A stretch of DNA of 64,000 nucleotides from Felis catus (GCF_018350175.1 NC_058368.1:171246001-171310000); one strand, 5' to 3'; shown: positions 37,080 to 51,458, numbered from the stretch's first letter. Notes: generated from the letters alone by a model not told the origin. Numbers and translations: made by a program.

Positions 37080-39254
37080 AAAGTAGGATGAAGAGACCGA
37101 ATTTATTGAAGAGCTCATATAGGGCAGCAGTGAGGGTGACTGCATTAGTCAGGATTGCTTGGTTGCATGTGATAGAAACCCAACTTGAACTAGTTGAATC
37201 AAAAAGGAGAAAATCAGGATAGCAGAGTGTCTTACACAATTCAAGAAAAGAAATCTGGCACTGAACCTGGGAACAACTGGAACAAGGACTTGTGTTGTCT
37301 TTCCTCTTGCTCCTCTGGGCTTGTGCTTCATTTTCTGTTGGACTGTGGAGACCACGCCACATGGTAAGAAATATGGAGACTAGCACCACCCCCAGTATCA
37401 CATCTTACAGCCTCAGCAATTCAGAGCGAGACAGGCAGAATGGGCTTTATTCCCATTTCTAAAATCCCTGAAAAAGACATTGGATAGGGTATAGAATCCA
37501 TAGATTACTATAGAGACTCACTCCCTCAGGAAGCCTAGGGATTAATGCAAGAGATGCAGGGTAGTTTAGGGAAGGATGTGGTTCTAAAAAAAAAGTGAGA
37601 AGGAAAATGGTTATACTAAAAAAAAAATACATATTGCATATAGAAACAGTATCCATAAACAGAGAAATTCATACCAAAAATGAAAAATGCCACATTCTGT
37701 GTTTCTTAACTTGGAATTACAAATGCTTAAAACCTCACATCAAAATGTTAACCTGAAATAGAATCGATTCATTCCCATTATTCTTCCCCCAAAATAGTTC
37801 ATTTCACCTGTAATTATTAAAGTGGAATGCATTTATATTAAGGACTCGTTGCTGCTTTGTATTCTATGCCAGTGTTTCACCAAATCCACATTCCATCCTC
37901 CTGCTTTTCTGTCTTTGTTTAACTAAGGCAGCAGCATATAGAACTCTTTTACAAATTAAGCTGCTCTTTCTTCTAGTTGGAGTGAAAGCTTTTTATAATG
38001 ATAATTGAGGGGGACTGAGCTAACCCCAAAGAATAGATTAACCACATTATATCAGGATTTTATGGTGCATATTATGTTTTGAGGCCTCAGGTTTTACTAA
38101 TTTCATATAATAAACCATATTATAACTAATCATTACTGCCTTCATTCAGAAATGATTGTGTAACAGCTTCTGATTTAAATAGGAGCTCTGAATATTTCAA
38201 TGCTATAGTGAATGGTATATTTAGAAGCATGATAGAAAAATTGATATTTGTTTTATAGCATCCTTGACACTTTAAGAAATGTAGGTTCTACACCCAGTGT
38301 TCCTTTCAGAACAATTTTGCCATTTGTTTCCTGGAACATTCCCCTTTGCTGCACCCCAGTGCCTTCAACCCATGTCTGTCCTACCATGTATCTCAAGGCC
38401 AGGGTTCAGCTTCCTGGGAGCAGGAACCTCACTGTGTCACAGCACCTAAAACAATGCCAGGACCATAGTAGGCATTCAGTAAATATTGAATAAATGAATG
38501 AATTACACATAAAGTGTTTGTTTTAATAGATACAGATTCATAAACATAGAGTAAAAACACCCCTCATGTAAAAAAACCAAGGTTAAAATGGAGAGGTCAG
38601 GTGACCTCAGAGATCAGGCGAGACAGGGACAAAACATCCTATAATTGCTTCTTTTAAAAATGTCCCTTAATATGCATAAACAGTAAGTTATTCTTTACAT
38701 ACCAAGATGAAGAATTCCAACTTCTTCCATCTCGATTCTGTTAGTGCTTGGGGATAGAGCTCAGTCTCTAAAGAACAAAGAAGTTTCTTGCCGAGAGTTG
38801 GCCAGATGATGGCTCAGGAGACAGCGCTGAAGTCCACTGTGATTGTCCAGTGTTTCTTTTGATAAATAGCATGATTGCACTGCCTGGAAAAGTAATTCCC
38901 TCTATCAGAAGATATTGGCAACAGAGTCATTCTGGACCATAAAAACTGTAAAAGGAAATGATAAGCATGTCATCAAATTCAATCAGTAGGATGAGATCAG
39001 CTTCTATTGGGTTTCTTGGAGAACCAGACAGCACATAGCATACTCTGTGAATTAAATCTATCCAAGCCCAAACATGTAGCTTCACACAGCATGCCACATG
39101 TCTTTCTGCTACACCCAAGACATTTTCCTAATTAGCAGAAAGGAAGAGCATATGGTAGAAGGGAGAGGAGGCACCAGGAGTCTGAGGTAGGTATGGGGCA
39201 ATCCAGATGGAGATATGCAAGAGCAGATATAAAAGGCTAAAGGTCAGTGATAGT

Positions 39255-39660
39255 CTAGCTCATAGCTAACTGTACTGAACAGCTTCTGGCCACTGTGCTA
39301 AGAGCTTCACCTATGTGAACTCACTTAAGCCTTGCAACAACAATCCTCTGTGTGTACACAATCCATTTCCTGTATATGAGCCTTGTGCCCAATATCCTAT
39401 TTCCTTACACTCTTTCTTTCCAGGCCCAGGTTCTTACCTTCCTTGTCTCCTATCTCTTACGTCACATCTTTTGTCACCTCCTCCCAGTACCTCTTCATCA
39501 GCAGCAAAATAAGGACACTTAAATCCCCACTTTACAGATAAGGAAACAGAGGCTTAGAGAGATTAAATTACCAGTTCCCAACAACAAAAGGTAGAACTGG
39601 GATCTAAGCCAGTGTCTTTCTGAATCCAGAGTCTACACCCTTCGCCCTCACATATACTGC
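39255..39660 (-). mobile_element. MIR interrupted by a local duplication
   Basis: cactgtgctaagagcttcac...cttgcaacaac then ccccactttacagataaggaaacagaggct.agagag.ttaaat core. Confidence 0.8.
39363..39520 (+). repeat. ~155-bp direct duplicate of 40503-40656
   Basis: Shared atatcctatttccttacactctttctttccaggcccaggttcttacctt ... aaaataaggacactt. Confidence 0.95.
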
Positions 39661-39785
39661 CTTTTAGAAGAAAGTTGTAGATTTAATCTCTTCTTTCTCT
39701 GCCTTACTTCACAGCCAAGCCACTGTCTCTCTCCTTCACTTTCAGTTTAATTGGACCACAGCTGTCACTTCCTATCCCAGTTAGA

Positions 39786-39876
39786 TAGAACTGAAGCACT
39801 GGAGTTCTTTCAGAGGTTTCAAAGTGATGGTTCACCAGATACCTTTGGCCTACAGAGTAATTTCTCTTAGCCCAGT
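39786..39876 (-). repeat. ~90-bp inverted duplicate of 40811-40897
   Basis: tagaactgaagcactggag.tctttcagaggtttcaaagtgatggttcaccaga is the reverse complement of 40844-40897; match continues to tcttagcccagt. Confidence 0.95.
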
Positions 39877-40971
39877 TTAGTTAGAACTGCTCCATTGGAC
39901 CCGTTCTAAGTATGCCGGTTAGGATGTTTGGGGATACAATTAGCAAAATACCCAACAGAAAGTAGCCTGAAGAAAGGGTTTTGTTATTTTGTTTTGTCTT
40001 TTTGTTTGCTCTACATTTCATGTAACAAGAAAGCCTGAAGCTGGGCGGACCTAGTGGTTGTTCAGTAGATCAATAATGTTCCCAGGGACCCAGTCTCTTT
40101 CCACATTTCTGCTCTACACTTTTCTACATGTTGGCTTTGATCCTCCAGCCAGTTGCCCCATGACTGTCCTGTACAGCACAGCCCCAACTGTACTCTCTGA
40201 CCCAACTGCACCCAAAGTGAAAAAGAAAGGGACAGGGACACTGCTTATATATTTTTCTCTTTACATGAGGGAAGAAAACAGTTACATTTCCCTTTATGTT
40301 TCATTGGAAGTGTGTTTTAGGGTCATCTCTAGCTGCAAGGAATGCTAGGGAAGCAAGTATCTGGCATTTTTATGGTCTCAATGTGAAGATCAGGTACTAG
40401 GAGCTACCAACATCAAAAAAAGAAAAGGGCCAAGAGAAGGCTCTGCCACCCTGCCATTTACCCACCAATCCAGAGGAGTCTTTTCAGCCCTGGTTGGATT
40501 GGCCACTTCCTGTACACAAGCCTTGTGCCTGATATCCTATTTCCTTACACTCTTTCTTTCCAGGCCCAGGTTCTTACCTTCTTGCCTTCTACCTCTTATG
40601 TCACTTCTGTCACCTCCTCCCAATACCTCTTCATCACTGGTAAAATAAGGACACTTGGGCTCATTCCAGGTCATACAAGTGTCTCCAGGGACTAAGCAAA
40701 AAATAAATGTGTGGAGGGGGTCATGAGTGATACATAAGGAGCACTGGGAACTTTGGGAAACTGGAGAATGCATGCCTCTTTAAAAACACTCCAATTCACA
40801 TTTTAAAGGGACTGGGCTAAGAAAAATTAATAAGCCAAATGTCTCTGGTGAACCATCACTTTGAAACCTCTGAAAGATCTCCAGTGCTTCAGTTCTAACA
40901 TGTCTTCACATATTTCCCAAAGTAAGTTAAATGTTCATGGAAGCCCGTTAACCCTCTAAGACCACAGGTGA

Positions 40972-41365
40972 CATGTGCTCAGGCTGATGTAACAAAATAA
41001 CACGGATTGGCACCTTAAACAACAGAAATGTATTTTCTTGTAGTTCTGGAGGCTAGAAGTCCAAGTTCAAAGTGACAGTAGGGTTGATTTCTAGTGAAAC
41101 CTCTCTTCCTGGCTTATGGAAGACTTCTCACTGTCTTCACACAGACTTTTTCTGTGCACACATGAAGAGAGGGCGAGCACAAGTGAGTGAGCTATAGCAT
41201 CTCTTAATCTTATAAGGGCACCAACACCTTAGTAATAGGGCCCCACTCTTGTGATTTCATTTGACCTATATTACATCCTTCTAGGCCCTATCTCCAAATA
41301 CAGTCACATTGGAAATTAGGTCTTCAACATACAAATTTTGGGGAAATAGAATTCAGTCCATAATA
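40972..41365 (-). mobile_element. MLT1A-like solo LTR
   Basis: ttaaacaacagaaat.tattt..agttctggaggctagaagtccaag ... tctccaaatacagtcacatt ... ttcagtccataa. Confidence 0.85.
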
Positions 41366-43680
41366 GTGCCAGTCACTGCTCACAGAGCGGACATTTGCCA
41401 AATAATATTGGCGAGGATTATTGAACAGAGAGTGGTGAGGATATTCTAACTCATTTTAGAGCTTTAAACACAGAGTCAGTCAGGTCATCAGAGGATGGTG
41501 ATCTAACACCTTAATGCTTACAGAACTAAAGGCTTTTTCAACCAACACAATCCTATAAGCAGATAAAATGGATGCCACCCACAAGATGTGATTGGAAGGT
41601 CATGGGGCAGTTCCTACTGAAAAATATTCTTAATAGTTAGTTATATATAAAATTTTATAGTTGGAAATTCATTACTTTAGGGTTTTTTTGTGTGTGTGTT
41701 TTCAAGGATCTTTTGTTATGATGCAAATACCTAGGGGAAGACTCTTACATTTATATCAGCTAATACCTTATGGTGGCCAAGGGCAATAAATAGGGAGTAG
41801 AGGGAGAAGACAGAGATGATAGAAAGTATATAAAAATATGCAATACAGTTGGTTCTAACACACACACACACACACACACATACAATTTTGATCTGCCACT
41901 TCTCTTGAGAATTACTTCATAAATTATAGGAAACCAAAACGAGCAATTTTCATTTTATAATTGAGATTGTATATTGAAAATGGGATATTTCACATACAAA
42001 ACCAGGCTCTTCATTTGAGAAATCGTAAAATCTAGAAAAACTGAGTGTATATTTCCTAATGCTAATAATCAGAGCTGAGTAATGGCTACTCCTAATAGAT
42101 GGGACATGTGTTCTCCTATTTGTCACAGTTCTTACCCTTACCTCTGGTTGTTCCTATCACTAATAGGAATGCCAGTTGCCACTTATCACTGCATTTTTAC
42201 AGGGGCTTTTCTATCATTGAAAAATATTTCTTATGATTATCTAAAAGTGGAAAACAAAATACTGACTAGGTAAGGCATTTCCAAAATATAGGGGAAAGCA
42301 CAGAGTAGAGATTTCTGGTATTCATCAATATCTGTGTTCTTCTCTTCTTCCTGGGCTCTACTTTTCCCAGCCCTGTTGGATCTAAACCAATGGAATGTAA
42401 ACAAGTGACATAGTAGCCAAGGTTGAAAGGGTTTTAAATGGACACTCTTCATACATTCTCCTCTAGCCAAATGCAAATGATTGAGTGGAGGACTAGGGGA
42501 TGGTGGAACCACAAAGTAGAAGTGGACTGGATCCCTCACCTAATCTGCTCTGTAACATGAGTGAGAAGTGTATTATGTTAAGCCACTGAAATCTGAGGGT
42601 TGTTTTTTACAGCAAGTAGCCATCTTCCCTGCCTTAACTAAAACAGAATGTATGTTTACATTATGTTTACATTAATTTACATTACCTTACAGGGCTCTAT
42701 AGGCATCTCAAACCTAGAATAAAATACTCTGTGTAGCTAAAGATTTGTTAATTTTGTTCATCTTTTCTAAGAATCAAAACTCTTAGTTTTATCAATCTTT
42801 TCTATTGTTTTCCTGTTCTCTACTTCATTTATTTTTCCTCTTATCTTTATTATATCCTTACATCTGCTAACTTTGGGCTTTTCACCTTTTTCTAATTCCT
42901 TGAGCACTAGAAATTTAGGTTCTACTTAGAGTGTTTGAGAGCTTCCAATTTTCTTGATGTATGAAAACAAGGTGTGCATGAAGAAAGATGGGTTATAACA
43001 ATGGCAGCTCAAACAAGAGTGGTTGTGGGAGCTAAGAGTTATAGACATAGAATGCAAGATGTGTGCCTGGAGAAGGTAGGGAGAAACATAGACAGAAAAA
43101 GTATTTTCAGTTTTTTTCAGGGTTGACCCTGGCTGATTCTTTGTACTCTCCTCTTATACTCAGTGACCTCTCCCTCCCAGATATACACTCTCTTTTATAT
43201 TCAATCTATAATATCATTTGCACTTTTTACTTGTTGATCTTGAAATATCATTTGATTACTGGAGTTGTTTTATATATTCTCCATCAACATGAGATAATGA
43301 ATTTAAGATTCATGGCGTAGCCATTAAGGACGATAAGATGATCCTAGCCTTTCTAGCTAAAGAGACTCTTTATTTGGGAGAAAACAACTAAAGCCCAGAG
43401 CAGGAATTTCAATTAGTTTAAATAAAGTTTTTTGGAAAGAAAGAACACAGACTCACTCAGGCTAAGTCAAGGAAAGTAGATTAATTATAAAAAGAAACAA
43501 AAACAGATACCTCATGAGAGTCCAAGAACAGAAACAAGTGAATTTCACAGACTGGAGTTGCATTGGGGGAAATTCTAGGGACTTCTGCAGCAAAGTACAC
43601 ACATCTTCCCTGGAAAGGCAATACTATTGAAGGGATTCGATTACTCTCTGTACCTCTTTTTCTTTTGGTACAGATTCTTT

Positions 43681-44682
43681 TTTCTTTCAGCTTAATTGAC
43701 ATATAGTTGACATATAATATTGTGTAATTTTAAGGTGTACAACATGTTGATTTGATACACTTATCTACAACATACCTCATTCTATTGTGCTTTGCTTTAC
43801 TGCACTTTGTAGATAATTGAGTTTTTTACACATTAAGATTTCCAGCAACTCTGCATTGAACAAGTCTATCAGCACCATTTCTCCGGTAGCATTTGCCTAC
43901 TTTATGTCTCTTTGTCACAATTTGCTAATTCTCACAATATTTCAAAGTTTTTCATTATTATTATATTTGAATTGCTGCAACCTCACAATAAAACTTGAAC
44001 GGATGAGGAGTTGCTTCTTATGGGTGAGGAAAGAAAGTGATTTCTTGAGATGGAATCTACTCCTGGTGAAGATGTTGTGAATATTGTTGAAACAACAACA
44101 AAGGATTTAGGATATTACATAAACTTGGTTGATAAAACAGCAGCAGAGTTTAAGAGGATTGGCTCCAATTTTGAAAGAAGTTCTACTGTGGGTAAAATGT
44201 TATCAAATAGCATCACATGCTATAGAGAAATCATTCATGAAAGGAAGAATCAATCAAGGTAGCAATCTTCATTCTTGTCTCATTTTAAGAAATTTCTACA
44301 GCTACCCCAGCCTTCAGCAATCACCACTCTGAGCACTCAGCAGCCATCAACATCAAGGCAAGACCCTACACCAGCAAAAAGATTACAACTTGTTGAAAGC
44401 ACAGATGATGATTAGAAATTTTTAGCAATAAAGTATTTTTAAGTTAATGTGTGCACATTTTAAGATATAATCCTATTTCACACTTAATAGACTACAGTAT
44501 AGTGTAAACATAACTTTTATATGCAGTGAGAAACCAAAGATTTGACTCTTATTGTGACATTCACTTTATTGCAATGGCCTGGAACCAAACCTGCAATATC
44601 TTCAAGGTATGCCTGTGTTGCAAATGATCACCACTATAGTATTAGCTAACACCTCCATCACATCACATCATTATCATTTCTA
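43681..44682 (-). mobile_element. Short L1MA-like 3' end split by Tigger1
   Basis: ttgacatata...taaggtgtacaacatg.tgatttgatacac | tgcaaatgatcaccac; TSD gtacagattctt at both ends. Confidence 0.75.
43768..44615 (+). mobile_element. Tigger1 internal-deletion derivative (Tc1/mariner-pogo)
   Basis: Termini ca.catacctc / aggtatgcctg; transposase C-terminal remnant [29 protein letters not shown]...[17 protein letters not shown]. Confidence 0.93.
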
Positions 44683-46284
44683 TGGTAGTACAGATTCTTA
44701 ATTTTCCTCCAATACTAAATGGCTCAACATCAACTCCATTAACTTACCTAGCTCAAAACTTCTACTGATCGATTCATTCTCCTTTATAACTTCTATTTGT
44801 TCAAGTCCCCTCACAACTCCTTTTCCATCTCATGACATTTGTATGTGTGTAATTTTAGCCTCCACTCAACTGCACCATCAGCTCCTACTTTCACTAGTCA
44901 ACTATGGACAGATGGAGGCCAGGAATTGTAGTCCTGAAAATGACAGCCTGGGCCAAAGGGCTATGGTTCTAGCAAGCACTGGGACTGACATTACCAAGCT
45001 ATTAAGTTCCAATGGATGAGCTTCATAGATCTATGGTGTGTAATTTTATCAGTGTTTATGTTGCAGTTTGTGTGAATAGGCAAGCCAGGATGCATGCACT
45101 CTTTTGTAAATGATCATAAACATTGGTCACAGCTAAATGTATGAGAATACATAGTTGTCCCCAGCAGGGATCAGGATCTGAAATGAATTTCACAGTGTAC
45201 TTTCCTAGCTTCATCTACCAACCCTATCTGACAGATATACATCCAGCAGTTTTAAAAATATAGGTAATTAAAAAAAATTTTTGGATAAAGTAATATAGGT
45301 TGATAGAATTTTCAAATATTATACATACCCAATAAAAAATTAAGTCTCCCTGACCTCCTTTCCCAGCCTCCCATTTCTTTTCCCTAAAGGTAACCATGGT
45401 GCTTCCACGATTTTTACACAAATAGATTCAAATTTAAATAAGCAAAGATAGTCTTAATGGGAAAGTAGGGGAAAAAAGCAATCTTACCCTATTTACTTGG
45501 ACCATTGTGGAGGACTTATGGACTTAAAGAATGGGCTCCTTTTCTTCTACCAGGAACCCTACTGAGTCTCATTGTCCAACTAGAAACCTCACAAGGGAAA
45601 TACCAACAACACAGAGCTAAACACTTCCACCATATTCCAGCAAAGGCTCTTTGCAGATGTCAAGTAGCATGCATTAGGCTCCCTCCAAAATATGTATGAA
45701 TTAGTAAATTAAAACCAGGTGGTGCCTCTATCAAAGAAAGACCAGATATTATGGCAAAAACTGTTCCATTATATACAACTGTTACAGAAAGAAACGTCTG
45801 TGCATTCAGTAGGAGACCCACAGAAGCCCAACCTGATAAATCAGATTCTCAGTCACACCTTCTGTCCTCCCACCATCATTTATATACCCCAGGAAAGTTT
45901 GCTCTCTCCAAATAACAAATGTTGAAGTTCTGAGTCAAAATAGATTTTGATGCCTCAGGAAATTCCATAAACCTTTTGGTAATATAGGTAATGTCTCCTT
46001 CTCTCTACTCACATGACACAAAGATCTCTAGAATTACTAATGACTATGTAAAACCTCTATGGGAGTCCTGCCTAAGGTTCTTGTCTCCCCATAGTCCTTT
46101 CTCTTACCTTTGAGTCCAGGTAATCCATGTCTGTTTGCATTCCCTGTACTCAATTCCCAATTCTTCAGTAATTTCCTACACTGCCCTAGAAGAGGATGCT
46201 AATCTTATCTTACCCAAAAAATACCAAAAGATGTAGTTAGCCCTCTAGAAGCTGATTCCTTCACTTCTTAATGAAGATTTAGGA

Positions 46285-46509
46285 CAGGGGTCCCCAAACT
46301 ATAGCCCACGGGTCAAATCTGGTTGATTGCTTATTTGTGTAAATAGCAATTTATTGGAACACAGCCACACTCATTTGTTTATGTATTGTCTCTGCCTGCA
46401 TTTGTGTTACAATGGCAACATTGAGTAATTGCAACAGATGCTATATGGCTCACAAAACCTAAAATATTTGTCATCTGGTCTTTTACAGAAAAAGTTCTTT
46501 GACCTCCAG
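46285..46509 (+). mobile_element. MER58A-like MITE
   Basis: caggggtc..caaactatagcccacggg.caaatctgg ... ttattggaacacagccac ... tttacagaaaaagtt. Confidence 0.88.
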
Positions 46510-49500
46510 TTTTGGCCTCTAAGGAGGTTAAATCTATCATAAGTATGCTTTTAGCAAATATGTCAGACCTGACAGAGTGATTTTAACATAATAATATTTA
46601 CACTATCCTAACCTAAATTCCAGAGTTAGCCAGATTCTAGGTTTATAGATTAAACAGTAGCATCAGAGACCCAGGATCTTTACCCTTGTCTATCCTGCTA
46701 TCCTCAGCAGGTTGACTTACCACTTTAGAGTTTCCAGATGGCTACAACAGCTAAAAGCATCATCATCGGAGAGCATCCAAAAAAGAAGGAAAGTAAAGGG
46801 CAAAAAGACTTTTTCTTATAAAATTCTTTTCTTTATAATAAAAGCAAAACTTTCCCAGAAAACTTTTGTAGAAATTCCCTAACTGGGTTGTGTGAGCAGC
46901 CTTGGACCATTACAAAGGGAACTGAGATTACTGTGATGTGTTTGGAGCCATGACTGTTATGCCTGGTTGCACATTAGAATTACCCACAGAGTAACCAGCA
47001 AATTAGAAAATATCACCATTTATGTTCTTCCTGGAGCTAAGCACATTCCGACATAAACAAAAGCAGATTTCCTTTGTCTGGGATGAAAACCTAACAGCTG
47101 ATGGCTTTTGGGCAACCAATGGTGTTACATGCCACAGTCATGTAATGAACACTGAAGTAATTCAGATAGATAGTGGGACTAGGAGGGGAAGAGATTGTGA
47201 GCAAGAATCCACCCAGAATCCTCAATGAAAGAGAAAAAGTACCCAGAAAGTTTCTGGGCAACAATTCCAATGAGAGTAGAGAGTCAGGGATTTCAATGGG
47301 GGAGGAACATGCATATGGAGATCACAGGAGCTGGGGAGTGACAAGGGAAACAAGGAATATAGGAAAGCAAGGAGTTCCAAGGATATATTTAGTTCAGTAT
47401 TGGCATACAGAGGGTAGAATGTCGATGTCATATCAAGGTTGAGGTGTCCAAGAAGACCCATCAGTCTAGAATTCAAAAACGAGTTCTTTATAGGACATTT
47501 TTGAGAATGATAGGCAGGGAGCTACTAACAATTTCCGCAGAAAACGGACATGAACTATGTATGTCCTGAGAAAACCCTATCTACAGGGATGGGAGACATC
47601 ATAAGTCTGAGTGAGGTTGTTCTGTGAGGTGTGTAAAACACAGAGAAAGGTAAAAGTCTGCACTCTGGTGTGCAACAAACATAAATCAAGTCTGCTGCCA
47701 ATCGTTAATAGACTGTAGATGTATAGACTATTTTGAACTTCTGCTAAAGATAATAGAAATTCAAATGTTTTGCTTGACATATTTTAAGCCTTGATGCTAA
47801 AATGAAATCACACTGTTTTCAGCTAATACGAACAATACAATTACCAAGCCAAACCCAAGTCTTCTAATTCCAGATCCCTTGGATTAAGTCCTAACTTAAT
47901 CCAAAGACTGATTTGCACATGACTGTAACCGCAGAATCTGAGTGACCTTTTGGTCTCCAATGAAACACCCTGGGAAAACTGTTTTCCCTGCACTCATTTA
48001 AAAACAGTAACTGCTCTACATCATTTAAGATCCTTTGTCAAGGGAATTCAATTAGCATCAGCCTGAGGTCACCCCAGGATTTCATAAACTTTTTCATCCT
48101 GTGGACTCCCCTGGGTTTTCCATGACTCATATCAACTGTCCCCAAAAATGTAAGTTTACTTGTCATCTTACAGATCCTGCAGTAGCTCTGGTCTCCCTCT
48201 CAGTATCACAACAAATCTGAAAGGAAGTGCCCGAGGGGAGGCAGTAGGTGGAGAACGCTGGGTCACCCACAGTTCACTGCCTCTTCTCCAAGCAGCTATT
48301 CAGGGGACTGGAGATGCTGTCTCTGTGACTTCCTGACAACAGCCCATGATCTCCCTATGGGTCAGCTCCCAGTTTAGGAAACACTGGGAAAGTACCAACA
48401 TCTATTTGGTATAATAACAGACTGTGAATTAAATAGAATCCAAGAATGCTAAAATAATAACATTTGCCAAATTTCCTGTATCAAAGGCATAAGAATAGCA
48501 GCTTCAATAAATTGGCAAATATTTATTGTTTGCTATTTTAGTAAAACTAAATACACCACCCTCACTGAACTAATGTAAGCTTAAAAAAAGGCATTCACTC
48601 ACTGAGCCTTTAGTTTAACAAATACTTGAGTGCCTACTATGGCCAAGTCATTTGTATAAGTCACAAGGTAAGTGAAACACAGTTCCTGCTTTTCACTAAA
48701 TTTAAAAATCTAAATATCTAAATAATATCTATGTTTTTAAAAAAAGGTAATATGACATTATTATGGGACAAAGGTGTCAGAGTAAGCACAGCATTCACCA
48801 CTAGAATTCAAATGTGCTTGATCACACCCACAGGCTTGGTATAATGGGCTTACCAGGAATTCAACCACATGAAGTTGTTCAAAGAAGATATTGAGAAGAC
48901 AGGATCAGGTAGGCAAGCTTGACCTGGTAGAAATGTGTTCATTGTCACGGGGATGCAATTATGAAAGCTTGTGGCTGTCAATAGGATGTTTCCTTTGCCC
49001 TTTGAATAAAAGCAGAAAAGAGATGTCTTCATTACATCTGTAAGATATTGGGCCAGATAAGAACATAGCTTGGTAACCTTTTCTCAAGGAGAAAGGCATA
49101 TAACAAGACCAAATATTAACATGACCAAATTCAGTCACTCCACAAATATTTATCAAAACCCTACAGTGTGGCAGAAATAGTCATAGGGTTGTGTGGCCCA
49201 AGAAAAACTGGGTTACAAATAATGGACATAAGCCACAAAGTAATGAAGCTAATATATTTTAAATTAATGAGGCCCTTATTGTAATGGAGGGTCCAACTGG
49301 TGATAAATTTTTAAAGGATGTGTAAAGGCTAAAGTGGATTCAAAGAAGAATGGTAAGGATGATTAATTAGGAAAGGAAATTAGGCTCTATGAGAAAAGGT
49401 TAAATTAATTCCAGTTATTTAACTTGCAGAAGAGAAGACTAAGGGCTGACTTGATCATAATGGGGGGGGGTCTGCTTTTCTTTTCCTTAAGAGACATGAG

Positions 49501-49667
49501 AAAATGGGATAAAAATAAAGCATTCATTTAGCCATTGATTCAGTCAATAAACACATAATATGGGTACTGCATTGTTGCCTAACACAAGAGATTGCAGAAG
49601 CACAAAAATGAATACAACATAGTCTTTGCCAATAGAAGCCATTTCATTTGGACATAAGAAAGAACTC

Positions 49668-51410
49668 CTGTGGAAAAGCTGAGAGCTTTCCCCCTAAGGT
49701 CAGGAACAAGACAGGGATGTCCACTCTCACCACTGTTATTCAACATAGTATTGGAAGTCTTAGCCTCTGCAATCAGAAAACACACACACACAAAAGGCAT
49801 CCAAATTGGCCAGGAGGAGGTCAAACTTTCACTCTTTGCAGATGACATGATACTCTCTATGGAAAACCCAAAAGATTCCACCAAAAAACTGCTAGAACTG
49901 ATTCATGAATTCAGCTAAGTTTCAGGATATAAAATCAATGCACAGAAATCAGTTGCATTCCTATACACCAACAATGAAGCAACAGAAAGAGATATCAAGG
50001 AATCGATCTCATTTACAATTGCACCAAAAAACATAAAATACCTAGGAATAAATCTAACCAAAGAGGTAACAAATCTATACACTGAAAACTATAGAAAGCT
50101 TATGAAAGAAATTGAAGAAGACACACACAAAAAAAATGGAAAAATATTCCATTCTCCTGGATAGGAAGAACAAATATTGTTAAAATGTCAGTACTACCCA
50201 AAGCAACCTCCATATTCAATGCAATCCCTATCAAAATAACACCAGCCTTCTTCACAGAGCTAGAACAAATAATCCTAAAATTTGTACGGAACCAGAAAAG
50301 ATCCCAAATAGCCAAAGCAATCTTGAAAAAGAAAACCAAAGCAGGAGATATCGCAATCCCGTACTTCAAGCTATACCACAAAGCTGTAATCATCAAGACA
50401 GTATGATACTGGCACAAGAACAGACACTCAGATCAATGGAACAGAATAGAGAACCCAGAAATGGACCCACAAACGTATGGCCAACTAATCTTTGACAAAG
50501 CAGGAAAGAATATCCAATGGAATGAAGATAGTCTCTTCAGCAAGTGGTGCTGGGAAAACTGGACAGCAACATGCAGAAGATTGAACCTGGACCACTTTCT
50601 TACACCATACACAAAAATAAACTCAAAGTGGATGAAAGACTTCAATGTAATACAGGAAGCCATCCAAATCCTCGAGGAGAAAGCAGGCAAAAACCTCTTT
50701 GATCTTGGCCACAGCAACTTCTTACTCAACACGTTTCCAGAGGCAAAGGAACCAAAAGCAAAAATGAACTACTGGGACCTCATCAAAATAAAAAGCTTCT
50801 GCACAGTGAAGGAAACAACCAGCAAAACTAAAAGGCAACCGGCAGAATGGGAGAAGATATTTGCAAATGACATATCAGATAAAGGGTTATTATCCAAAAT
50901 CTATAAAGAACTGCTCAGACTCAACACCCAAAAAACAAATAATACAGTGAAGAAATGGGCAAAAGACATGAATAGACACTTCTCCAAAGAAGACATCCAG
51001 ATGGCCAATCGACACATGAAAATATGCTCAACATTCTTCACTCATCATCAGGGAAATGCAAATCAAAACCACAGTGAGATACCACCTCACACCTGTCAGA
51101 ATGGCTAACATGAACAACTCAGGCAACAACAGATGTTGGCAAGGATGTGGGGAAAGAAGATCTCTTTTGCACTGCTGGTGGGAATGCAAGCTTGTGCAGC
51201 CACTCTGGAAAACAGTATGGAGGTTCCTCAAAAAATTAAAAATAGAACTACCTTACGACCCAGCAATTGCACTACTAGGTATTTAGGGGTACAGGTATGT
51301 TGTTCGAAGGGGCACATGCACCCCAATGTTTATAGCAGCACTATTAACAATAGCCAAAGTATGGAAAGAGCCCAAATGTCCACTGATGGATGAATGGATA
51401 AAGAAGAAGT

Positions 51411-51458
<48 letters not shown>

